Positions 10,521-21,177 of a stretch of DNA of 32,000 nucleotides are shown in pieces. Origin of the DNA: Trichodesmium erythraeum IMS101. GTDB lineage: Bacteria; Cyanobacteriota; Cyanobacteriia; Cyanobacteriales; Microcoleaceae. How positions within the stretch are numbered: position 1 is the first letter of the stretch; each line of letters starts with the position of its first letter. The stretch spans positions 1,320,001-1,352,000 of the forward strand of contig NC_008312.1 in NCBI RefSeq assembly GCF_000014265.1, in the 5' to 3' direction. The position numbers were made by a program, and so were the translations under genes. The notes beneath the pieces are model-generated. The model saw nothing but the letters and a program-made list of their open reading frames with translations, was not told where the DNA came from and ran no database searches.

Positions 10521-11741
10521 TTAAACCAGTTCATCTGTTACTAAAAGTCTGATAATTTCTGTTACTTCTGCTGCCATCCGAGCATCTATTTCTACTGCTT
10601 CTCTGTCACAGTCTCCTAAAGCTTTTGCACCCCGCAAAGTCATAGCTATGGACTTAACTTTTTCCTGATATTCAAACTGAGTAAAACAAGTATAAGTAAG
10701 TTCTGTACGCTTACGACTCTTGGTATATCCAAAACCCAATTTAGATAAAATAACAGGATATTTAATACTATTTTGAATTCCCAATTTTTCTAGAGCTACA
10801 TCTACATAACGAGCAGAATCTTTGCCAGTATTCCTAATCAAAGGTTGCAAATTTTTCCAAGACATTCCTGGTAGTTTTGCTGGTTCTGGCAAATGATAAT
10901 ACCACCCTACCATTGACATAATTCTGGTTAGGTCATAAGCAGTAACAACATTTTCTCCTGTCTGGTCTTCTGGCTTTTTAATTTCTGATACAGCACTCAA
11001 TAAAACTTGATTATCTTGTACAATTTCAGGAGATATAATAAAGGGTTCTTCACCATATAAACCTTGAAATTCTGTATGATTATTACCTGTAATTTCCTTC
11101 AACCATGATTCTAAACCAACATAAGTTTGGAAGCATTTAAACATTGCAGATAAAGCGTTAGAACTACCTACCTTTTCTGCATAAGTAATCACATCTTCTA
11201 CAGCTTCATTAAAGTCTATATTTTTTCCATCGCCTCGAATTTGACAGGTATTAATATCATTATTAAGAGAACTAAGAGAACAAATTATATTTAAAATTGC
11301 AATGACTTTAGTAGAACTCCAATACTGACATTTATCCAGAGAATTTCTACCTAACCAACGAGATTTAAAGAGTCCGCCAGCATTACCACCTAGGCAAATA
11401 CAAGCTTCTTTAATATCAGGATGAATAAAACTAAGTGCTTGTTCATCAATTTCTGGAAGTTCACCAACATGGGGAAAAGCTTTTGCCCGTGGGGTTGCTA
11501 AACTAGACAGCATTTTTAGATGTTCTGGATAATTTTCCACCTGATTTTGATAGGGAGAATTTTGAATGCCTTTATCTAGAATAGCTAGTTTATAGCTATT
11601 AAAACCAGCTTCAGCTTTTAAGAAGTCGTTGTAATTTGTTTCTCTATCAATTGCTATTAGTAGAGTAAAGGCTTCTTTTTGACCAAAAATGCCGAAAAAA
11701 TCTGCCATCATATTGATAATTTGATCGTTAATGTCTTCCAT
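10521..11741 (-). CDS. Conserved hypothetical protein; possible beta-lactamase-fold serine hydrolase
   Basis: 406-aa ORF with ordinary composition. It contains S142-S-T-K145, S193-S-N195 and K334-L-G336 in the order and rough spacing of SxxK / SxN / KxG motifs. The functional call is weak. Confidence 0.75.
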   Translation of the reverse strand: MEDINDQIINMMADFFGIFGQKEAFTLLIAIDRETNYNDFLKAEAGFNSYKLAILDKGIQNSPYQNQVENYPEHLKMLSSLATPRAKAFPHVGELPEIDEQALSFIHPDIKEACICLGGNAGGLFKSRWLGRNSLDKCQYWSSTKVIAILNIICSLSSLNNDINTCQIRGDGKNIDFNEAVEDVITYAEKVGSSNALSAMFKCFQTYVGLESWLKEITGNNHTEFQGLYGEEPFIISPEIVQDNQVLLSAVSEIKKPEDQTGENVVTAYDLTRIMSMVGWYYHLPEPAKLPGMSWKNLQPLIRNTGKDSARYVDVALEKLGIQNSIKYPVILSKLGFGYTKSRKRTELTYTCFTQFEYQEKVKSIAMTLRGAKALGDCDREAVEIDARMAAEVTEIIRLLVTDELV

Positions 11742-11953
11742 AATTTGATAGAGTGCTAAATTGGACGATTTTTACTAATATATTTAACTATAACATTTTC
11801 TAAAAATAATTTATTTTGCATGAATAAAAAGAAGAAATTTATGTAATTTACTAACCCCTAATTAGACTACAAAAAAGATTGGAGATTATTAGTATATTCC
11901 TCAATTCTGGGTTACCAATTTCAGGGCAATTTTGGTAAAGATAATCAGGACTG

Positions 11954-12062
11954 ATATCAAATCCGGTAGCAGGAGTAATAAGTTGAATTTCTAGGGATGA
12001 GTAAGCTTTTCTCCTTACTGAAGATAAGAATTATATTACTCCGAAGCCAACGGATTTGATAT
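11954..12062. repeat. Long imperfect inverted repeat / hairpin element (~109 nt)
   Basis: ATATCAAATCCG (11954-11965) pairs with CGGATTTGATAT (12051-12062). Inner helices are GGAGTAAT/ATTACTCC and AGTAAG/CTTACT. It lies between the porin stop and the start of the 406-aa gene. Confidence 0.5.
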
Positions 12063-12218
12063 TAAATAGTACTAACCATAATAGCGATCGCTCATCTAAT
12101 AGTAGGCTATCATCTTCTGTTTGATTTGAAATTTTAAGTAATTCTTTTTTTGAGATGGCCACTCATAAAAAAAATATCGTTAATTCCACTAATTTATATT
12201 AGCGATCGCTGATTTTAG

Positions 12219-13871
12219 TTAAAATACAAACTGAGTTCGGAATGTACTTATCCAAATAGTATCATTAACATCATCATGATTAGGATTTGTAATCACAAAT
12301 AAACCAGGAGTCAAAGAAATATTATCATTAATTTGAAAACGATAAATTGCCTCTATATGTATAGATGTATCATCATCTTTCAATGAATCATCATCACCAC
12401 CATCAGTAACAATAGGAGGTACACCAACCATCAAACCACCCAAATTTCCTTCTATCAACAAATCTGGGAAAGCAAAATATAACATTCCATTAATAATAGT
12501 AATATCGTCTTCATCACCATTGCTAGTTTCCGGCCGCGCCCAGGTGGAACCAAACCAACCTCCTATCTCAAACTTTTCATTGACTCTCCAATGAGCTTGT
12601 AACCCAACATTATCAGCAGTTGTGGAAAGACCATCAAAGGGGTCTTGAGCTTTGAAACTACCAGTCCCATTAGTAATATCCACCCCATCCTTACCCCAAT
12701 ATTTACGAACATAACCCAAGGTAAATGCCAAGGTATCATTAGGTTCAATTATAAGTTGACCTAATGCACTGTAAGCCCCATTGAATGCACCCGCACCTTC
12801 AGCAGGATTTGCTGGATCGTCTGTTAAGTAAGCAACATTGACCATAAACATATCATTAAATGCGTAGCTAAAACCAAGAGCTGCATTAGCCGGACCGCGG
12901 AAACTGGTAGGGTTGCGTCGTCCAAATCTAGAAATGGTACCATCCCCTTCTTCTGCAAAGGGTGACAGAACTGTGGAAACGTCATCTAGGTCAACTCCAA
13001 TAGGGCCGATGATGGCTTGGGCGCGATCGCCAATGGGAAATTGATAGAACATCAGGTCAATACCAAAATTATCATTACTATCAGCTTCATCAATGGCAGT
13101 ACGAGTCATTAAAGTATTGGTAAGATCTGGCTCACTCAAATCGTAAGTATTATTAGCTTGTAGACGGGTGAATAGCAAATCTTCTCCAGTAAAGCTACTC
13201 TCAAAGTGTAACCAGGTGCGATAAGAAAAGAAAGTCTGAGTTTTGTTATTGCCAGAAGACTCTCCACGGGCATTTGCTCTTTCTCCGAGGGTATCACTTA
13301 ACCAAAACAGAATTTCACCATTGAGTTTGGTTGTTGTGGAAAATTGGTTATTTTCTAGTTCTGCTGTGCGTGCTTCTAAAGAATCTATACGACCGCGCAA
13401 TACTGCTAGTTCGGTTGCAAATTCTTCTTGTAAACGTTGCAATATAGCTAAGTCTTCTCTAGTCACTAGGTTACTGGTTGCTGCTGCAGTTAATTCTGTG
13501 ATTCTGTCTAGGCAAGCATTTAATCCTGCAGCAAATTCAAAGCGAGTCATGGCCCGGTTGCCTTTGTAGGTTCCATTGGGATAACCTGCTATACAACCAT
13601 AACGTTCTACTAATGATTGTAATGCTTGGAATGCCCAGTCTGTAGGCTGTACATCTGATAATTGAGAGACAGATGTTACCTGATCTATTGCCTCTTCTAC
13701 TGCTAGCTCAGATACACTGGGAATTTCTAATGAGGGATCATCTATCGGTAGTGAACGAAATGCTTGAGAAATTTGTATTGGTCGGTTAGCCTCTGCAGGA
13801 TTTGCTATAAATAATGTGATACTGAGAACACTGGGGGCATATTTGACGAATTTGTTAAAGGTAATCTTCAT
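12219..13871 (-). CDS. SLH-domain / OprB-type outer-membrane porin
   Basis: 550 aa. Signal-peptide-like N-terminus ending ANPAEA. SLH domain (DVQPTDWAFQALQSLVERYGCIAGYPNGTYKGNRAMTRFEFAAGLNACL). Coiled-coil linker (LRGRIDSLEARTAELE). Beta-barrel-like C-terminal part ending in F. Confidence 0.9.
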   Translation of the reverse strand: MKITFNKFVKYAPSVLSITLFIANPAEANRPIQISQAFRSLPIDDPSLEIPSVSELAVEEAIDQVTSVSQLSDVQPTDWAFQALQSLVERYGCIAGYPNGTYKGNRAMTRFEFAAGLNACLDRITELTAAATSNLVTREDLAILQRLQEEFATELAVLRGRIDSLEARTAELENNQFSTTTKLNGEILFWLSDTLGERANARGESSGNNKTQTFFSYRTWLHFESSFTGEDLLFTRLQANNTYDLSEPDLTNTLMTRTAIDEADSNDNFGIDLMFYQFPIGDRAQAIIGPIGVDLDDVSTVLSPFAEEGDGTISRFGRRNPTSFRGPANAALGFSYAFNDMFMVNVAYLTDDPANPAEGAGAFNGAYSALGQLIIEPNDTLAFTLGYVRKYWGKDGVDITNGTGSFKAQDPFDGLSTTADNVGLQAHWRVNEKFEIGGWFGSTWARPETSNGDEDDITIINGMLYFAFPDLLIEGNLGGLMVGVPPIVTDGGDDDSLKDDDTSIHIEAIYRFQINDNISLTPGLFVITNPNHDDVNDTIWISTFRTQFVF

Positions 13872-15868
13872 TAATTTTTCTATTGTATTTCTTAAGACTT
13901 AGCAATATTTACCCCTAATTAATGGAAGGGTAAAAGTCATATATTAGAGTTGTTGAAAATTAAGGAAAAAAAATACCTAAAACCTTTATCTGTTGAAGCT
14001 TAAGCGTTTTTTTAGGTCTAAAATGCTTCAAACTTTATATAGTAAGCTTTTAAGCATTTTAATTTTTCCCACACCAAACAATTCTATTCTGTATATTGAT
14101 GACTGTTATCCGCTTAGCAACAGGTGACTTTTTATTGTTAACTTTTTAATTTGATAATGTCAAGTTTTAATGTCAAGTTTAAAGAACTAATTGCCTCGGA
14201 ATCAATCTTTATAATCCATCTTTAGAGTATTACAGAAAAATCAAAAGTAAGAGTCAACCCCTGATATAATACACTCAGAACTTATGAAGGTGAACTATGT
14301 CAAACTTACTGTCAAAATGTGAAATTGTCAATACTATAATCAGTCATTTTTTTGATAGATATTACTTTTAAAGTATATTATAGATACTAATACTAAATTA
14401 TTTTGAAGATAAATTATCATAAAAAATCGTACTTTTTTTAGGGTAGCTGATTTGACTACATATCATATTTTATCGAATATTATTTAGGATTGCTATAGTA
14501 AAAATAAGAAAATAAAATATCTAAAAATATATATGACAGCTTGTCAAATTAATTTGCTGAAAATCTTTAATAATTATAAAAAAATGACTTAATTATATTT
14601 AGGAGCAAAAATATTGATTTAATCATCTTATAAATCGTAAATATTGACTAAAATTTTACGGGTCTTAAATCACAATATTGGCTCAACTAAAATCGAAAAT
14701 ATTAGCTATAATACAATCAAATTTTATTGAATATATGAGTCTTTAAATTCAGGATATTTATAGTAAAATTTCCAAGAAACATGTCACAAACACAGCAGAA
14801 TATATGACTTTTTATGATATAGTAAATTTAAAAAAGTATGGATTAAAATTTGATGGTGTAGCTTTTTTAAAATAAGCACTAGAGCGACAACAATATATTG
14901 CCATAAATATAAATTTATTTGCCTTCTATAAACTAGGAATATCTTGATATAGAAATAGTTGATTGTATATATTTTAATTAATCAATTAACAATTATAGAT
15001 TATAGGTTTTGTTGCCCAGATACTTACAAAAAACAAAATATAAAAGTGTTTAATAAATTATGCAAAATAGCTTTAAATCATAATTAATGTTATTTAAAAC
15101 TGTATTAATATATAGTTTGTATGCGATACAAATATTAATTACATTAATAGATTATTTAGCAAAAATTGATAGTTATTCCTTAAATAGTAATCCTACCAGT
15201 TGATCATATAAAATATTTCAAAATGTACAAAATTTTTCAACAGCTAACCTAGGATATAGAACTGAAAAAAATATCAGGAAAAATAATCAATTAGTAAATA
15301 ATTTTTACAGCATTAAAAAGTGTTTTTTTTCTTTTTTTACGCCAGCTTCAGCAGAATATATTGTCAAAATATTACCTCAATTAATTATTACTTACAGCCG
15401 TACAATTTGAGTCTATTACCCCAGATAAAAAATTGAGGATTTCATACTATCATCAAACAATTAACAGGTTTAAATTATTGTCAATTTCATGTCATACAAA
15501 TTCAAATAAACCTTATAACTTCTAGGGCATTAGTATGGAATTTTCTGAAAAAGTTAGCAGTGAAAATAGGAAAAACTATTGACAAGGTTACACATAAATT
15601 ATCAGTGGATTATCTGGTGTTAGAATTGAAATATTTTTTAATTAGAATCAAACTTGTTTAATTATAATAACTAAAGATTTTTGAATAAATATTTCAGTCC
15701 TCACTCCCCGTGGCGTTGGCTGGGTTTCCACACTCACAGAATGTAAAAATAGGCAAAATTTTTATGCACTATATATGGTGTTTTTGGGTAACTCTTGATA
15801 ATTACGATAGACCACTATTACAATATACTACCAGCAGTAAGTAATTTTTTTCAAAGCACTAATAACTT

Positions 15869-16140
15869 ATGAGCATAATTATTTTTGGTAGTGTCAACAT
15901 TGACTTAATTACAACCACTCCCCGTTTACCGACTCCAGGATAAACTATTAATGGCAACAACTTTTTTACCGCAGGTGGTGGTAAAGGAGCAAACCAAGCT
16001 GTTGCTGCTGCTGGCCTTGGCATTCCCACAAAAATAGTGGGGCGAGTCGGAAATGATAGCTTTGGGCAACAACTTCTAGTCAGTTTGTCGACTGCTAATG
16101 TTGATACAACAGGTGTGGTAGTTGATGAGAATACTCATAG
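15869..16140 (+). pseudogene. rbsK: Ribokinase N-terminal fragment (in-frame stop, 3' truncated)
   Basis: Translation is MSIIIFGSVNIDLITTTPRLPTPG*TINGNNFFTAGGGKGANQAVAAAGLGIPTKIVGRVGNDSFGQQLLVSLSTANVDTTGVVVDENTH. This matches the PfkB/ribokinase N-terminus, including GGKGANQAVAAA. TAA at 15941-15943 sits where GE is expected. Homology ends near 16140, where IS-like sequence begins. Confidence 0.75.
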
Positions 16141-16144
16141 GGTG

Positions 16145-17165
16145 CTAGTGGATATTATTATCGCTTTATACTTTACCCTATAAAGTCAATAGGTTATTTG
16201 AGATGGGACAATGTTAGATATTAATTGAGTTATAAAAGAAGACTGCCTCTTAAGAGCATTGACTGGACTGAAACGTAAGGCATTCGATGAATTATTACAA
16301 GCCTTTTGTATCCAACTTGAGTTGGAAGCGATCGCTAATAGCCAAAAACCTAGACTCCGAAATATAGGAGGAAGGAGAAAAGTATGATGGCTACAGGCCT
16401 AAGACAAGTCATGTTTTCATCAAGTTCAATTTTAAGTGCTACCTTACCTTTGATGTAGCAGGAGTGTTGTTTTATTTACACCGCAGCAGAGCACACTATT
16501 GGATGTTAAGACTACAGCCATTACCCTTAGAGTGCTTTCAGGAAAAAATGGCCTTACCAGAACGTAAGTTACAAAGCATTGAAGAATTTATTACCAGGTT
16601 TCCATCTACCACAGAAATGATGATTGACGTTACAGAACGGCCTATCCAGCCTCCAAAAGACTACCAAAAACAGAAACATCATTACTCAGGCAAAAAAAAG
16701 TACCATACTCGTAAACATCTGATCATAAAAGATTCAAAGAAAAGAGCCTTCGTCCCATCGTCATCAAGAAAGGGTAAGGTACATGACAAACGGCAGTTGG
16801 ATGAAGAAAAGTTGGTAGATTTTGTGTCCTCAGGAGGTAAAAAGTAATGTAGATTTGGGTTTCCAGGGATTACAGAAAGAATTTGTCAATATCAAAATTC
16901 CCAGGAAAAAACGATTAGGAAAGGAATTAACTGAGGAAGAAAAACCTCTTAATAGAAAAAAAAGTAGCGCTCGGGTCAAATGTGAACATACAATATCTGG
17001 TGTAAAAAGATATAATGCAGCGAGAGAATTGTATCGAAATCACATCAAAGATGGTTAGCTATCGCTTCATGTTGACTGCGGTTATACTCTGGAATTTCTA
17101 TTAGTGAAAGCCAGAATTTTCCCTTTTCACTTTAAGGTTTGATTTTGCGATAAGTCTATTTATTT
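16145..17165 (+). mobile_element. Degenerate IS5-like element (HTH + DDE_Tnp_4-type transposase, frameshifted)
   Basis: Transposase-like translation is spread over several frames: LTGLKRKAFDELLQAF (about 16260), MALPERKLQSIEEF...IDVTERPIQPPKDYQKQKHHYSGKKKYHT (16464-16847) and DLGFQGLQKEF...EEKPLNRKKSSARVKCEHTISGVKRY (16822-17058). Element ends are approximate. Confidence 0.7.
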
Positions 17166-17188
17166 AAGAGGCTGTTTGTCTAGTTTTC

Positions 17189-17797
17189 TTAAGTAGGAGC
17201 GATAGAACTCCGTTTCCCTCTTTTAAAGAATTTAATCCCATTCCAAATCAACAGACTATGGAGAAAAGTTAGAGCGATCGCCCAGACTATATTCTTAATA
17301 AAAATCCTTCCTAAAATCCCTACCGTTAAAACATGAATGCTTCCTACAATTAAGGTAGCACTCAACAATATTATCCCTTCAAACAAGACATATCCTATGA
17401 CTAAACTAGCACTCAACCATAAATAATACCTCCAGATTTTATCCTCAATAAATTTAGGCTTAAGAATAGCTATAATTGTTACTAATAATGTTCCCAAACC
17501 CATCACTAATCCCCAAGTAAAAGATTCTAAATTCTGGGGATATTGACGGAGAGTAAAACCATATAATTGATTAAATAACCAAATTATCATTGAGGAAATT
17601 ATTGCCTGTTTTCTATTAAGTGTTACCCCACTAATAGCAGCAAAACCTACTAAGGGAACGTGAGGATAAATAATACTACTAGCACTGCCAATAGTAATTA
17701 ACAAAAATTCCCACAAACGAGAATAAGAGATTGCTTTTTCAGCATTACTCCAAAGATTATAATTTTCCGACGAATCAACTGTAATTTTATCATTCAT
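17189..17797 (-). CDS. Hypothetical integral membrane protein
   Basis: 202 aa with about 5-6 hydrophobic segments. It starts 23 nt downstream of the preceding minus-strand gene, so the two are probably an operon. Confidence 0.7.
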   Translation of the reverse strand: MNDKITVDSSENYNLWSNAEKAISYSRLWEFLLITIGSASSIIYPHVPLVGFAAISGVTLNRKQAIISSMIIWLFNQLYGFTLRQYPQNLESFTWGLVMGLGTLLVTIIAILKPKFIEDKIWRYYLWLSASLVIGYVLFEGIILLSATLIVGSIHVLTVGILGRIFIKNIVWAIALTFLHSLLIWNGIKFFKRGKRSSIAPT

Positions 17798-17819
17798 AAA
17801 TTTTGATTCCTAATATTTT

Positions 17820-18695
17820 TCAACCATTAGTTTTAGGATATAAATTTTTAGACAACTTCACCCCCCCTAATAAATGCTCATTAACAATACGTTTAGCAAC
17901 ATCAGAAGTGACACGAGTGTACCAAGTTCGGTCTGCCGAATAAAAGACCACCGGACCCATTTTGCAAACTTCCAGACAGCCAGAAGTAATCACATCTATA
18001 TCTAATTCTGATGTTTTTACCGCTGTTTGTAAAGCCTCAAAAATTGGCTGCCACTTCCGAGAAGGATAACAACGACTCGACCGACAAACAGACAAATAAG
18101 GTCGTTTTAAAGGATTACTATTAAAAGGAATTGGACGAGTTCCTAAAACATAAATTTCTCGTAACTCCTGATAAAGTGCAAGTTTGGAAAACTCCGCTTT
18201 TTTCTCAGGCAAATAATCCTCATCTTCCCCTAAAAATGGATTCGGCAAAAATATCGTCATTAACTTTTCTGCCGCCCCATTCCAAAACTGAATACCCCAA
18301 CTTTTTGCCACTCCTTCAGGGTTTAGGCGACGATAAAGTGCTGCCCGACTTAAAAGACGCTTTTCTCTTAATTCTATTGGTGTCGTACAGTGAGGTCCTC
18401 CTAAATTTTTTTCTAAGCATAAATGAATGTGCCAAGTGGGAGTTGCTACGGTCAAATAACCATCATAAATTAAGCAAAGTTTTGGAGGTTCAGTAAATTC
18501 TAATTCTAGTACGCCACCTTCAACAACATGACCTATTTGAACTTGTTGCCACTGTTGCTGAATTAATGTATACAGTAGAGGACCAGTGACATCTATTGTA
18601 GTAGGAAAATCTTCATATTCTATCGTTCCACCTTTAGGATTTTTTTCCGATACCATACGTTTTAATGGTGTGACCCATTGATTAAATTCATTCAT
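17820..18695 (-). CDS. (2Fe-2S) ferredoxin-domain protein (thioredoxin-like ferredoxin C-terminus)
   Basis: 291 aa. The C-terminal pattern SVCRSSRC...SGCLEVCKMGPVVFY matches the C-x-x-x-x-C ... GC-x-x-C-x-x-GP arrangement of thioredoxin-like 2Fe-2S ferredoxins. The N-terminal ~200 aa are unassigned. Confidence 0.7.
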   Translation of the reverse strand: MNEFNQWVTPLKRMVSEKNPKGGTIEYEDFPTTIDVTGPLLYTLIQQQWQQVQIGHVVEGGVLELEFTEPPKLCLIYDGYLTVATPTWHIHLCLEKNLGGPHCTTPIELREKRLLSRAALYRRLNPEGVAKSWGIQFWNGAAEKLMTIFLPNPFLGEDEDYLPEKKAEFSKLALYQELREIYVLGTRPIPFNSNPLKRPYLSVCRSSRCYPSRKWQPIFEALQTAVKTSELDIDVITSGCLEVCKMGPVVFYSADRTWYTRVTSDVAKRIVNEHLLGGVKLSKNLYPKTNG

Positions 18696-18865
18696 TTTAG
18701 TTCTCTAGATTTAAAGTTTGTTTATCAACAAAATACCTCAAAAGTAGGGCTTTGAAGACTAAACTCTTACAGAATATTAGTGATATTTTAGTCAATACTA
18801 TTTAATCATACTTGTTGATTCTTTCCTACTCCATACTCCCTATTTCCTCCCACTGAATTAAATAA

Positions 18866-19080
18866 CATTAATTATACCGATCGCTTCTAAATTAAAACCA
18901 CCAGAAGTCGCAACTAAAGATGATGTCTTCGGTTAGTTCAACCACTGTGCTCTATTTAGGAATGAGATTAAGAAAGTCAGGGCTTAGTAAGTCAACCCAC
19001 CCATAAACCTTCCCAGGAGCGGAAGTATGGAATTTGAATCCCGCTCCAATATTTCGCCTTAAAAGGCAGGCTTTTAGACC
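18866..19080 (-). pseudogene. Decayed fragment paralogous to the C-terminus of the 23707-24846 surface-protein pseudogene
   Basis: The minus strand reads ...ATSGGFNLEAIGIINVI*, compared with ...VTSGGFDLEASGVINVI* at 23707. About 60 nt of DNA identity (ttaaataacattaat..accg.tcgcttc.aaat.aaaaccaccagaagtc). Upstream, TEDIIFS (compare TEDLIFDF) is in another frame. Confidence 0.45.
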
Positions 19081-19200
19081 CATATTATTTTGATAAAATA
19101 AAACCGGATAAAATTAATTACCCTCAAGAGGTTTATGCGGCATAAAGCATATTTTCCCGGTCTTATTTAATTTCCGTTCCTTAACGGAAAATTGCTGTCA

Positions 19201-19905
19201 TTAATTCACAACTTGACAATATTCTTCATACACCCCATCAAGTAGTAAGTTTAAAGCATCTACTGCTGTTGCTGCTGCTGTTAATGCTTCCTGTTTTTGA
19301 GCATTAGTTTCACAGAGTTTTACTAATGCTTCTCGCGTAACTTTGCTGTGAATTTCATCAGCCTTTTCATGTACTTTAAAAAATGCCAAAGCTGCTTCAG
19401 AATTAATGCCGTAAAATTTTTTCAAACCAGCAATTTTAGTAGTAGCTACTTCGGGAATTTGGGATTCATAAGCATAGAGAGCAGCTAAACCTTTTGCTGT
19501 ATTTTCACTGTGGGATAACTGTTGCAAAATCTTCACTGATTCCTGAGTTTTGGCTAGGTGTTGGCGCTCTTGTACAGCTTTCCGTTTTACACCCAAACCT
19601 TCTGCAAAACGCAACCATAATTCTGGGTGATTTGTGGCTCCCATTTCTTCTTCTATGAGATTTTCTAGGAGCATTTTTCGGATTTCTAAGTCGTCACAAG
19701 CTGCATGCGTAGCACTAACATAAGTAGGGAAATAATGAACTTGTAGATAATATTCTTGAGCGTACTCTTGCAACATTTCTAAAGATAATTTTCCTTCATT
19801 CCACATTTGATAGAATTGATGTTTAAGTAAATGTTTTTCTTCAATAATTTTGTCTAATTGAAGAAGAAACTCTTGAGTGGTTATTTTTATATTTTTAGTT
19901 AACAT
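19201..19905 (-). CDS. CADD/PqqC-like heme-oxygenase-fold diiron protein (CADD-family, putative folate/pABA-related)
   Basis: 234 aa with HQFYQMWNEGKLSLEMLQEYAQEYY, metal-ligand-like EEEMG..NHPELW, YAYESQIPE and HEKADEIH. The overall pattern is that of the Chlamydia CADD (CT610) family. Confidence 0.75.
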   Translation of the reverse strand: MLTKNIKITTQEFLLQLDKIIEEKHLLKHQFYQMWNEGKLSLEMLQEYAQEYYLQVHYFPTYVSATHAACDDLEIRKMLLENLIEEEMGATNHPELWLRFAEGLGVKRKAVQERQHLAKTQESVKILQQLSHSENTAKGLAALYAYESQIPEVATTKIAGLKKFYGINSEAALAFFKVHEKADEIHSKVTREALVKLCETNAQKQEALTAAATAVDALNLLLDGVYEEYCQVVN

Positions 19906-20261
19906 AATTGTTTGGCAAATAAATAATATATAGACATAGTATCATCTTTTTTTTTATTGTCAAGAGGCGAATAAATTTTATTAAAATTAACTGTTAATAA
20001 AGAATAATTTATTCAAAAAATATTTTTCTTAATTGTATAAATAGAAAAGCAAATAACTTTTAATCATTCAGGATTCAGCTTTTGCCAGAATCAATCAACT
20101 ACTTAGACCCGCTAATTTTTTTTATAATTTTAATTATCCTTGGATACTAATTATTTTTTTGAGTTGAAAATGAGCTAATAATTCATAGCTTAAGTACTGA
20201 CAGATAAACACTTACTATAACTTTTTTTATTTAATCTAAAGATATAATAAATTAGCAAATT

Positions 20262-20720
20262 TTAGAGATGATGATTATTTTGATATTCCTCTGAATATTG
20301 AGATGGAAATTCATTCCAAATTTTGACTACTTGTTGGTAACAACTAGGCGGACTAATCGGTAAATTAGTAAGATAAAAGAAAGTAACATAACTGCCAGAT
20401 TCCAACATAAAAACGACATCTTTTTCAGGGTTATAATTATCTACAGCTTCTAAAATATGAGCATTCATAAAGTGTGTTTTAAGGGGGACAGTATCAGGTG
20501 CTTTTAACCAAGCATTGAGAAGAGGTACAAGATTATTACGAGGCACAAAATGTACTTTAAATGTTTCTCCACTTGCACCAATAATAGGTAAGTTTGTACT
20601 GCAAATAATTAGACCTCTTTGGCTACTTAAATAACCTTGCCAAGCATTATATCCTATAGAGATTAAATTAGTAGAAATAAACTCTTGCTGCCAATTATGT
20701 AAATAATTTTCTCGATCCAT
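20262..20720 (-). CDS. Hypothetical protein
   Basis: 152-aa ORF with non-repetitive, protein-like composition, downstream of metE on the same strand. No family recognised. Confidence 0.6.
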   Translation of the reverse strand: MDRENYLHNWQQEFISTNLISIGYNAWQGYLSSQRGLIICSTNLPIIGASGETFKVHFVPRNNLVPLLNAWLKAPDTVPLKTHFMNAHILEAVDNYNPEKDVVFMLESGSYVTFFYLTNLPISPPSCYQQVVKIWNEFPSQYSEEYQNNHHL

Positions 20721-21177
20721 TTGATTCGATAACTTATATAATTAAACTACTTAGAAAAGATTTAGGTGTTGCTGAATAGAAATATGAATATGCCATTATT
20801 TGTTCTAGTTAAGCCCCCGCGCATCCCCCAAAATTGGGAGGCTAGGGGAGCTTGTATCATACCTAAAATCAGTAAGGCCAAAATTTACAAATGGATTTGA
20901 AGCATAATTAATAATTGCTTCTTAGTTATCAGGTTTAATAGTTAATTCTGTTTTTGTAAAGTGGGAGTTTAATATTGCTACAAAAATTCCCGTTTTTATG
21001 AGGTAAAATAACAATACTTTTAACAGGGTAAATATTTTTTAATTGTTCCCCTACTTCCCTAGTAAATAGCTTCGGAAACTGCTGTATTTTGAGGGAGATA
21101 GAAAAATGTTTGTTTACCCCCTCAATGCCAAATTATCTAAAATTAGGCAATTTTCAGCTTATGGACAAAAACAACAA

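Noticed and set aside
10336-10524. ORF 10336-10524 (+), plus the 14-nt direct repeat TGAGTTTGGAGTTC (10470 and 10506) and palindrome GAACTT-T-AAGTTC
   Set aside because: The ORF fills the convergent gap between ppc and the 406-aa gene and overlaps both stops. The repeats are short and could be chance, and no hairpin with a U-tract could be drawn for a terminator.
12563-13569. ORFs 12563-12748 (-) and 13243-13569 (+)
   Set aside because: Both are embedded in or antisense to the porin CDS. The porin has clear SLH and barrel features, and the alternatives have no features.
18131-18496. ORF 18131-18496 (+)
   Set aside because: It lies antisense within the ferredoxin-domain gene.
19010-19060. 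tRNA-like T-arm (GGAATTTGAATCC) and hairpin GGAGCGG...CCGCTCC
   Set aside because: No acceptor, D or anticodon arms could be built around it. The region is better explained as part of the decayed surface-protein fragment.
20811-20851. GC-rich island GCCCCCGCGCATCCCCCAAAATTGGGAGGCTAGGGGAGC between metE and ORF152
   Set aside because: It looked like a terminator or small dispersed repeat. Only short 4-5 bp stems can form, there is no U-tract, and no second copy exists in the window.
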